DNA from: Balanoglossus misakiensis
Taxonomy: Eukaryota; Animalia; Hemichordata
DNA length: 64,000 bases
NCBI GenBank assembly: GCA_040954595.2
Contig: CM082580.2
Location: forward strand, 12,884,242 to 12,948,241
Direction: 5' to 3'
Positions 50,101 through 61,443 of the stretch are shown here, piece after piece. The position numbers and the translations under genes were made by a program. The number at the start of each line of letters is the position of its first letter. Positions within the stretch are counted from its first letter, which is position 1. The notes under the pieces were generated by a model. It saw nothing but the letters and a program-made list of their open reading frames with translations. It ran no database searches and was not told where the DNA came from.

Positions 50101-53075
50101 AAGCAACCTTTGTCCGCCGTTGTCAAGAACGTTTGGCCGTCTACTCGACGGGCATAAAGAGACGCGAAGATTGAAATAACAACATAAACAAAGTTACAAA
50201 CATCCCGGACTTTAAATCTCCCTAAATCGCATCATCCCTGTGCCTTCAGGAAAAATACGCTCCAGGCAGTGGACATAGAAAAGTGGCCCAGAAGAATGAA
50301 CGACCTGAAAACCCTTGTTTCACGCAATAAAGTCACCCCGCCAGTACAGGGAGAGATTGTTTGCGCCAAACCTCTTGACATTTTTCACCTGTTAGTATTA
50401 CAGTGGCAGTGATAGCAAACAGGCCCCGGCAACCAATCACTCAGTGACCCTTAGTCTATCGTGTGACTGGTAACGCAGAAGTAGCCAGAAGGCAACGTCA
50501 CAGGTGACCGTTGAGGGAGCTGTGAGTGTCTGCCATTGCATTATGGGAATTGTCGAAATGAAGCATACGCATTCGCAGTACGAGGGATTTCGAATTGCAG
50601 TAATCGTGTACAGTTCACTGCTAAAGTTAAAAGATTAAACTCCGGCTTTAACTAAAACGCATACATGTGTAACTGGCGCAGTGGTATAAGAACTTGAATT
50701 TTAATTCAATGGAAAGAACTCTCTCATAATTGTTCTTCTATACAACATACAGAGCCAGTCAATCATTTTGCTCCAAAATCAGAAAAAAAGGTCTGTAACA
50801 CCCATGAAAAGTTACATCTTTCTATCCTTCAAGCAATATAACTGTCATCACTTTGCTTTCAAATACATGGATACATTTGGCAACATGATTGTAAGATAGA
50901 CTAGTATGGTGAACAAGTATATTCCAAGGTTACTAACGGGCAAGACATACAATTTTTTTTTAATTCTGACCTCTGCACTGTCAGCCCACTGGGAAATATT
51001 GTTCAAGTAGTTTTATTTGTTCTGTAAAAACAGGCGTTGGGGAGACAAAACTCTGCATAAAAGTGAAACCTGTACTAATGGTGAGTAATGTAATGGAGTT
51101 TGTCTACAGCTTGTCAATAACAAGCAATAGTGAATGCCACGTCTGCGATATCATTTGTGCATTTCAGAGGTGTCACACTTGGCCAGTTGCATGTCTCTGC
51201 TCACCAATTTTCACAGGGGTGGTACAGTAGAATAACATTGTACAATTTGCATATTCCCCTCTTTCACAAATCCTCTTTTTGGTTGGATAGTTATCATATG
51301 TATAGAATACCACAATAAAAAGGGGTGGCTCGCCCTGGTGAAGAAATCTGCAAATTATTGAGCTTTCACACCTTATCCTAAACACTTAGAGATTAGATTA
51401 GAAAGAAACTGGCCAACATTTAGGATAAAGTCACTGACTTCATCCAGACAGCAGTTTCACACACAAGATTTATCAGAGAGTGACCACACAAACCTTCCCA
51501 TAGGTAAAGATGTCCCCAATATGGATTGGACACTTACTTTGTTCATAATGATTCGTAGAGATTTAGAAAGGGGATCTAAGTGACGGAAGCATGTGCGTAA
51601 AGAGCAAATCCACAATGCAGCATTGACAATCTATAGCACCATTTGGGAGTGTAATATTAAAAGTATTCAATCCTCCCCACCAACTTGAAAGATGAAACAG
51701 CCAGGTATACGCATTGATTTTTGGAACTGGCTACTCTTATACAGTATTACACACCAGTGAAAATGGAATAACAGACACAGGTTGCAAAAAGAAGTCTTGC
51801 ACATCCTTCTGAAGTTGCCATCATCATTTTTACACAGATCTGGAAAGTGGTCCAACTGCCAGGTCTCACTCTCTAGCCACACACATTACAATGAAAATCA
51901 CCACAAGCCTTCATGAGCAGAGAGAGAAAAGGAGTCCTGTCTCCCATCAAATTTAAGTGACCAACTACATAAAAATACAAAACAACCTCCCATCAGACTC
52001 AACATTTTTTTCAGTGGTTCTACACCTTTAGTTCCCCATAATCTCTTCACCGTTGGTATGAACAGAGCTTAACTGTGGTACAGACCAGGACAATATTTAC
52101 ACACTAGTTGACTTACTGTGCAGTGACTGACTATGAATTGGGTCTGCCCAGCCTGTAGTTTTTTTTTTCTTCACCCATTGAGCAAAATTACTCTTATCCT
52201 GGATTTACAGGACAAAGATACACATCTAATTCACATCTAATGATGATTTCTACGGAGGACTACCAGCTTTAGAAGATGGTACTCCAACTTGACAGTGGAA
52301 ATGGGAAAATGAACTTCTAGTCTTGCTTGACCCCTATATAATATGGCTATACTGTTTTTTAAACAGTATAAACTCACTCACTATATGTTTATTTGGTTTT
52401 GACGCTTGCCCTCACAATAAGTATACAAGACACTGCAGAACAAATACAGAACCAAGGGCAATTCCAAAGTAGTCTGAATTTTACTGGCCCACGGTCCACA
52501 TTGATACATTTCACGGTTCCTGTGTGTATAGAACACATCCTGAACTCAAACACAATGAAGTACATTTGATGTCAAAAAGGAGGGGTGTTAGCAGTACTCC
52601 CACATTCCTGGTGGCAGTACCTGGAAAGTTTTATATTCCTCATGAGTTACTGAAAGGTTTACTGATCCGCAGCATGGTAGAGAGCATGACAGCCAAGTGG
52701 TCCCAGGTTGCTGAAGTGCAAGGCAGTTTCATGGTTAAAACGTGGCAGTAACACAGAATTTTGGCCATCCAGATCTTGAGCATGTGCAATAAGTTTTTTT
52801 TTTGTTCGCTGAGTGTGGTCATAACTACCAGATCCCAATTTGGGGGCAGAGGACAAGGTATGTCTGTGATCCTGGCCACTGGTGGTACATATGGTAGTCC
52901 CAGCATAGTGGTGGTTGCATGGTGGCAGATGGAGGTCAGTGGCAATTTGAGTTCAAAATCTTGCAGATAACCGATTCTGATTATTATGTGAATGCAAAGT
53001 CCTGATTCAGCAAGTATGTGTGAGTGCTTTGGGTGACCTTAGCAGGGTAGTCCACATGAGACAGTGTCATCACTG

Positions 53076-56000
53076 TTACAAGCTTGCCATGCTGCTTGAT
53101 GGTGTTTTGTTTCGGATTCCTGGCTGAAGGTATGGATCTTTGGCTATTGTCAGCACATCGGATCTGTCATCCTTTTTGTACACAAGGCATCTCCTGATGA
53201 AATGCTGTTTGAAAAACAACAACATACATACGCTTATAAATTCTATCAAAGGCAGCTAGATAAATATAAAAGTACAAACATAATTATCAAAACAATACTC
53301 ACTTTGGCTTCAGAGCTAACTACTGGTTTTGCTGGGAAATCTACAGCTGTGGCTTTGAGAATGGTGTTCTGCTCTAGAATACTCGCCTGGGATAAATTAT
53401 TGCCAAATGGCTGCAAGAGAGAAGAAATTCAATGGTCAGTCATCACAACCTGAAGATCAATGGGCTTACAGTGCCAGAAAGACAAAGGGTAGGTTCATAG
53501 AAAAGAGACATTCTGGGGCACACATGACAACTCACCTTTTTGCCATAGAGACATTGAAAAAAGATAATGCCTACAGACCAGACATCCACTTTTGAAGATA
53601 TCTTGGGTGGTACTTTACCAACGAGAAAACACTCTGGTGGTAAATACCTGGAAGAAAGTAGGAATAAAATTGCACTGGTTTATACAAACTACTAGGTCAC
53701 AAAATTTGGTATATACTTCTGTGTAAAGAATGAGTGTCTGAAAATTAAAAGATGGGGTGTTTATGTTGGAGTGTTTGGAGTTCATCTACTCACCAGTATG
53801 TTCCAGCACCTTGTGAAGTCAAATCCATTCCGCCATCGTTGGAATTGTAATTCTCATCGTCCATGATTTTGGACAGTCCAAAATCTGTAATCTTAATCTC
53901 ACCACTCACTGATCCTTTACCTAGTAGTATATTACCTAAGATTGAAACATAGAGGCAGAATTCTGGGTGTTACAGTTCTTTCTTAATATCACCATTGAAC
54001 ACTAGTAAATTATCTGCAGAAATGACATTATAAAATGTTTTCAAACCACCTCACTTACACATACACTGAACTAAACCTGTGCAACCAATTCAACATGTTC
54101 CATTGTATTCAAATGCCTTGCTAATTCATTTTTGTTGCACTAAACACTTGAACAGGCACAACAACCTGGTGGAGAGGGGAGAGGTCAGTTTGAGTTGAGC
54201 TGATAATACAGACGCTTGCATTCACCAATCAGCATTGGACAAGTCAGATTGGTCATGTGACTCTCTGACCTTGACCTTTCAATACACATCTGAACTCACC
54301 TGGCTTAAGATCATAATGTATAACAGGTGGTTTCCTTTCATTCAGATATTTCAAGGCACTAACTGTCTGCAGGACAATGGATCTTGCTTCCTTCTCCGGA
54401 ACTATCTTGTTCTGCTTCAAGTGGAAATCGAGATCATTGCCATTACAGTACTCTAGCACTGTACAAAATCTGCAAAAGAGACAAAAAAATGACAATTATT
54501 AGTATGAGTATCATAACTTGGTCCATGATCAAAAGACGTCATGTCAAATACTGATCAGTCAAAGCAATCCAAATGCAATGTAATCAACTGACCCTTCTAT
54601 CTTCGGCAGTGAACACTGTCGTAAAGTAGCTTGGTTTGAAAATCTACAATGTAACAAGAGCACTGTAGTTTGGAGGAGAGGCATTTTGAATTTGAATTTT
54701 AGTGGAAATGTACATTGCTTTTTTGGAATGTGCACATCAAGAAGGGATGAGATGTGAAAGTACTTCACAGGAAGTTATTTTGTGAGTGAAATGTAAAATA
54801 TTGAGAATGTGTCTGTGTTAAAATATCAACTGTTTGACCGTTTTGTTTTGGCCAATTACAATAATTTACAGTCATCCCATACATATACTATCAGACTCAG
54901 AGTTGTGTGTTTTTTTTGGAAAGCTTCGAAACTTATTCCAACAACACTTTGTACTTACGAGTTGCTATCAATCTCAAAGACATCATACAACTTCACGATC
55001 CTGGGATGGTCCAGCGTCTTATGTATGTTGTACTCTCTTAGTGCATGCCTACAATGGAAAGTCGAGAGGTTTATTACATGCGAAAGAGAGCAGTAAAAAA
55101 AGAGAATTTTCAGCACCCATGATACTATCTTGAACCAAAGTCTTTTAACCCTTTCACCCCCAGTCCTCTCTATAGAGGTTCAACCTTCCCATAGAAAACA
55201 ATAGATTTGGACTAGACCATAGTGGTGAATGGGTTAAAACAACCACTTACTTGATATAGTTGGCCTTCTTGTCTTCCTTCCAGTCTTTATTGAGTTGATG
55301 GACCTTACAGGCCACGTACCTCTGTTCCTTTAAATCAAAACCCTGTCATCAGAGACGGAAGAAGAAAAATCATTGGTCATGTGAAATAAAACAATCTGTG
55401 ATATTGCCAACATGTACATAATTGTCCAGCTGAGCTTAAACTTAGCTAGCTAGCCGACTGTGAGTATAGAACAATGGATATAATAAAAAATTTGAGTCTG
55501 GCGATTTTATTAGTTGATGTCTTATGGCACTACTTACCTTGTGTACTTCACTAAATCCCCCTTTCCCCAGTAAATGTAATAGTAGATAGCGTTCGTTCAG
55601 GACAGGGTGGTCTTTGAACCTAGACTGGTCTTCATTGTGTATTCTCTTCAATTCTCGTATATGCAGGTTGCGTTCCCTTTCCAACTTTTCTAATTCAATT
55701 TGAAGGTCTTGCTCCTCCTAATAAATTGAATGCAATAAGTGTCACGTCAGAATGACCAACTTCCTATCTACACAGACATGATTTGCTTACGAAGACAACC
55801 AACTACATGGCATCTTCACTTCATGTCAACTGCATTAACTCTACCACCCCCAATTCCCTTTATACAGGTCCAACTTTACCATATAAAACAATGGGTTTGG
55901 ACTGAACCATGGTAGTGGAAAGGGTTAAACAGCATCTCGATAAACTAGAGAGAATCCGTACCTTTTTAAGGGCTGAAGCTCTAAGTTTAAGAATTTCCTC

Positions 56001-59000
56001 TTGTTCAAAATATTCTTGCAGCGTGAGCGCTGGTAGCTGTGGTTTGAGGAAGCCATCGTCGCTTCCATTGGACTTGGGCTTGCTACTTTTGCTACTCGAT
56101 GTCTGTGACGAAGTACTTGGTTTTCTCTTGAGTAGAAGTTTACGATGCCTCTCCAACTCTTCTCTTTCTGAAGCAATCGACTCTTGTTGCCTGATGTAAC
56201 AAGAAAGAAATCAAAGACATTAACGGAAATACTCATCAGGCTAGCCTTGTCCCAGGTGGGATTAAGATGTGAACTTGAGTGTGATCATAAACCCACAGCC
56301 AGGTGTAACACTAACAGGTAGACTTGTCCCTAACATTTTTTCAAGAATGAACACAACACAAATTACTTACTTCATGAGATCGGTGAAGGCAAAACCATCT
56401 TGCCAACTCTCCACAAACGAGGCGCCTTGCCTCTGAGTTGTAAATTGACCTAGTCGAAGCCTGTTCCCCATGCTGTGTTTTCTGACTTCCTTTTTCTCTT
56501 GTAACGACTGTAATGGACAAAGATAAAAATAAGGATTACACTCAAAAGACTACCACAGCAGGGATCAAACAGTCAATCAAAATTCCAAGACTTTCAGGAG
56601 CTTTCCCAAATCCCTTCAAAACACTGGTATTTTATGATTATAATTTATATAGCACAAAATAAATTTCCTCTCACTTCATTCAGCAGCACAGCTATTTTCA
56701 CTTACCTTTTCTATGAGTAACTGTTTATTCATGGCAACACATTTCTTACACATTTCTTTCTGCTTTTCCAAAGAACTTTCAAGATTTTCTATTTTCTGTC
56801 GTAGTTGAGCAGTTGTCTGTAAAGAAATGACACAAATTAGATTATCTGTCTGGCCTTGCCACGCGGAAGGAAGTTCAACATCTCTTGTGTCAACATGAAG
56901 ACTTGCAACTAGCCCAGAGCACAGGAAAACATCACATGCTTGAAACACAAGTCATGCACTTATTGGAGATATTGTCCCACACTCAGCCATGGCTTGCGTG
57001 AGACAAAGTATCCCAAACTCATTGTGGTGTGAGATTATATAATTCTTACCCTTAGTAATTCATCGATTCTGCTTTCTTTCTTCTGTAAGTCATCAGACAC
57101 TTTGACTTCTAGATCGAGGATGTCTCGCATGGACATTTGACTCTGAAATAAGACACAAAATGAATAAATTCACAAACTAATGTAAACTTATGCAACACAT
57201 GGTCATTCAAGACGCCCTTTTACCATGATGTATGGATGTATGTAATTTAGAGGCAAGCAACAACACTACTACAGTGCTAGCCAACAAGAATCAAGGTGTT
57301 GACTATTTCAAGTGCTCATTGACTACCGGTAATCACCTTTATTTGCTTACCTGAGTTTCTACTGTACAGAAATCCACTCGTCTTGACAAGTGTGAGAAAC
57401 ATGATAAATCTACACTGTTTCCCATTGGTGGCGAACTGGGAAACTGCAACAAAGAGATCACATGGCAGATGGAGTTACACATGGAATACATTACATCACT
57501 ATACCTTTAGCAGTCAGGGCTACTTTCTGATGTGTGATTATTTTCTTTTGGAGAGTCTGGAGTGTCACCAAAGAACACATCTATATGATGTAACCCCTTT
57601 TACTTCTATAGTTTGGTCTCAATTTAATATTTTAAAGATAAACATGGACCACTGAAGAGGGAAATGGGGGTAAAAGGGCTACGGTGCAAGAAGAAAACTT
57701 ACCATATGAAAAGCACCACCAGGTGACTTAGGATTATTCGTCAAACTAGCTCTACTCGGACTTGTAGATGAATACTTCAGGAGAGAAAAAACAAGCAATT
57801 AGTGACGATTAGGCTTAAACTCTGCAGCCTATAATACCACCCATCAGTCATATTTTGCTGTTTATCACCTAAGCTTATTGTCCATATTTGGGATGCTAAT
57901 GAGAAGGAAACACAATGGCCTTCGCCTTCGTCTATGATCCGATGAGAATGACAGTGATGACATCATGCATCATTGCATGTCTATCCTGTCTCCGAGTATT
58001 GAGATCACAACCAAGCTTTCACCCTTCTCAGGAATCCTACTCAATAACAAGCCAGTGCCCTTATAAACCACTTCCCAAAGTTGTAAGAATCTGACATACC
58101 TTAAAATATTCACTAATTTTTTTGCCTGACGTAACTGTAAAGGGGAAAGAAAATTTGCATGTTTAGTGTTTCATAACAATGAACAAGATTAGGGTAAATA
58201 TGGTGAATCAGATTACCGGTACACATGATAACACTCCTCCAATGGATAGACATGCCAATGAACATTTAGGTAGAATTTACATATACATCCACACTCCCTG
58301 ATATATCGAGTTATCAGACGTGCAAAATGTGTCTTCATTTACCTGAATTTGGGTCCAAAATGTCCCCTTTCCTTTTCCGTTTTCTTTCTGACCCAGGCCT
58401 TTTTTCTGGAGTCTGAAAGTTAGGAAGAAACATTTGTATAATCAGTTCAACTAATCACCATTACTGAACACTACAATTTACAAAATTACTTCCTCACTCA
58501 AACATTGCAACAAACAACGACATGGCACCTACATCCACATCTTTGTCACTACAGGAGCCTTGACTCGTTAGGCTAAGATTGGAGTCTTCCCTAATAACAC
58601 CACTGGCAGAAGATGATTCCCGAATGGTTGCACTTCTGCTGGTCTGTGATCCAAAGAATCTGGCCTCCAGGAGTTCAAGGCGTTGCGGGTCAGTATTTCT
58701 CAGCTCTTCCATGCTATTCACAGGGGAAAAATAAAAATAAATAAAAACAAAGATAAATTCACAGGACTTTGTAAAGATTGAGCTGAGAATACATCTCATG
58801 ATTTTTTTGCAGGGTGTACCATGTGAAACACAATGTCCTACGTGCACTGTACACGTAGGACATCATGTCCACTGATACAATCATCGCTATGCTTCGCACA
58901 CCCAATTACAAAGTTCAACATGACTGAGAGACTTCCAGAATCCTCCATTATTCAGATCACGATCAGTGCTGTCAGTAATTCGCACCATGCGCTGTCCAGT

Positions 59001-59939
59001 ATGTGGTGTTAAGACAATAATTCTTGTCTGCAAAACCAGTTCCAGCCGACTCATGGCTCATTATTGTTCAATAGGATATAGGCCAATTGGGGGAGGGGGT
59101 GTCTTTAACCTTTCCAATGGAACATTACAATGGCTGATTGATTTTATGTCTGGCTGTATAAAAATCACATGTAATTTTATAGGATCAAACCCATTTTCTG
59201 GTCTTTGAAGAGCATTTTATTACATTATTCTAATTTTTATGTGAAATGTATTCAGGCTTCATCTTCCAAGGGAAAACTCCTTCAGCTGATTTTGTCATAG
59301 AAAATTCTCGTCTCTATGATAGCACACTCACAAGGCCTATGAATCCTGAATGATTTTAAGTTATTCAAATATTCGGCGACTTTTTTAGACATTATTCCAT
59401 ATGGAGCCGAATGGTAAAATATGCATTTTTTAATAATAGAAGCTTAGCTGAGAGAAATGGCATCATTCAAATTATCCAATAATGGCAATAAATTGATTGA
59501 CTGACGGTCATGGTCACACTCGTATGGATTGGATACGAACACCTGAGAAATCATGATTTTCCTCATCACAACAAATTGGTTATCCGACATAATTCGCTTA
59601 TTTTCCTCCAAAATTTGCTTACGTGTATGAAATAAACAAAGTCATAATCACACAGGTAACAATGAATATTGATATCCTACATAATCATCTTGACCTGTGG
59701 TACGTGACGTTGGTGAGGACATTGTTGTGTGACGAAATTATCACGTCACAGCTGTGTGGTGTAGGTAAAAGCGATCGGCTAGATCATTTCATTTTTGCAC
59801 GGTTTCCACGTAGTCTTAGACTGAGACTAGCAAGTTGCAGAGGATATATGTGATTGTATATTTCAAAACATGTAAATTACAATAAAATTACAGACCTGGG
59901 TTGGTGTGATGATGTTTGATCTCGTCTCCAATGGGCCAT
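53076..59939 (-). CDS. TLK: Serine/threonine kinase tousled-like, 18 coding exons, ~695 aa
   Basis: Exons 59939-59896 (tentative), 58713-58533, 58412-58343, 58134-58100, 57774-57703, 57443-57351, 57142-57050, 56816-56706, 56507-56371, 56190-55962, 55717-55538, 55342-55251, 55048-54959, 54469-54300, 53935-53794, 53647-53536, 53410-53303, 53204-53076. Phases are consistent. TLK motifs: [98 protein letters not shown]. Confidence 0.97.
55145..55237 (+). mobile_element. ~90-bp MITE, copy 1 (TTAA-CCC...GGG-TTAA, piggyBac-like ends)
   Basis: Imperfect terminal inverted repeats TTAACCCTTTCACC / GGTGAATGGGTTAA. Internal similarity to two other copies. Confidence 0.75.
55835..55928 (+). mobile_element. 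~90-bp MITE, copy 2
   Basis: TTAACTCTACCACCCCC...GGAAAGGGTTAA, colinear with copy 1. Confidence 0.75.
57590..57681 (-). mobile_element. ~90-bp MITE, copy 3 (inverted, more diverged)
   Basis: Reverse complement TAGCCCTTTTACCCCCATTTCCC...GGTCC...AAAAGGGGTTA is colinear with copies 1 and 2. Confidence 0.6.
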
Positions 59940-60860
59940 ACTCCGGCGTAAATATGACCCAAATCAGACGCGATTGCTGCGAAAACGGTTGCATTTGCTA
60001 CAATATTTCAGTCTTTTTATGACGCCACCGCATCTAAAATAACAGCTGAGTTGTACATACGATGTTGGGCTTTCCAAGATGGCGCTTTGGTGTCATGCCC
60101 CAGTCTGCCAACACTCACAACATTCAGCGCATAGCTGTACTTGAGTTTACAATAGCTCTGTACTAGGTGTGAGAATGGCCGATTTCGGCACCACTGAATT
60201 CGCCTTAAAATCCACACGTATCTTTAGATAAAGTCTCTGGAGAACATATATTCTTACCTGCAAGGATTTTCTCTGAATTCATTTGTTTTTTTCACCCTTG
60301 TGTGATTATCACAAATCACCTAGCTTAGTGACGTCATTGTCGGAACATGTCGTTCATTCGGATATTTCCGGAGGTAAACTTCAGTCGAAAGTGGGTTAAA
60401 TTCAGCACATGGCCGAAAAAATAGGATTCCGTCCAAATTTGCAGCAGCTTTGTTTTAAGTAATACGCTATCAGCCACTTAGAATAATTTGGGTGGAGTTA
60501 AAGAAATTTAATTTATATTAATTCGTTTTCGGAATTGTATGCCCACCATGTCAAAATTTATCCGACATTTCTTTTTAAATTATATATTCTTTATTCTGTA
60601 TATGTTCACATATATGATAATGAGATACAGTTCAATTTTATTCTAAATGCGATATTGAACTTGATTCTATCGAAGTACCCTTCGGGTGTATTCGCTAATG
60701 TTCGGATGAGGCAATTCCTTGAGTGTAGCTAAAAATAACAGCCAATCATCTTGAAGGGTATCGTTGCCGACATGGAGGCCGGGAATTTCCCCGTTTTACT
60801 TCCGGGATAGTCCGTATCTACCCTCGATGACGTACGTATGACTGCTAAAATCTGGTAAGT
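59940..60860. promoter_or_regulatory. Putative bidirectional promoter between TLK and the PARP-domain gene
   Basis: Head-to-head genes in CpG-retaining DNA. Motifs: YY1-like CAAGATGGCG (60075), CRE TGACGTCA (60329), CCAAT (60742), kappaB GGGAATTTCC (60781), ETS ACTTCCGG (60798). Splice donors face outward at 60257 (- strand) and 60855 (+ strand). Confidence 0.6.
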
Positions 60861-61443
60861 TTACATGTAAAGCGAAAGCTGAAATTGGCAAACGTGAAAC
60901 CAAATGATCGATCACTACATAGCATAACGAATGAAACTTTAACAGCGCGTTAAAACAACACATCCGAAATCCCCAATAGTGATACTGCAGCTAGCTCTGT
61001 GTTGCACTGTTGTGTTGTCGTGTTGGTTTCCGGGGTTGGTTTTGCTCAGGCTCACTCATCAACTGCATCTATTATGATACACATACACATAGATTCATTG
61101 ACAGAGACAGAGATAGAGCACAAAAACAAAGGCTATATTTTTGAAGTGCACTAATTGACAATAATACTGTATTCTATTTATAAACATGATTTTTTGCAGG
61201 GAGTTTGACAACAGCCCGCAAATTCAAGATATTATCAGCCTCAAATTGGTTTACAAGGGGGAAAACAGGCAAACATCTCACACAGAAAGTAAAACAACAG
61301 AAAGACTGAAGAATAATCAGTCAAGTAGACAGACTCGAAAGTGATGTGTACATTGCACTGAACAGGACTTCTAAGAGCTGAGTGTGGAGGTAGCAAAAGC
61401 GGACTGTATTGACAAATATTTCTGCAGACTAAAAGGCAGCGTA

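Noticed and set aside
60772-60810. ATG at 60772 as the PARP start codon
   Set aside because: In-frame TAG after 12 codons; the region looks like promoter or 5' UTR.
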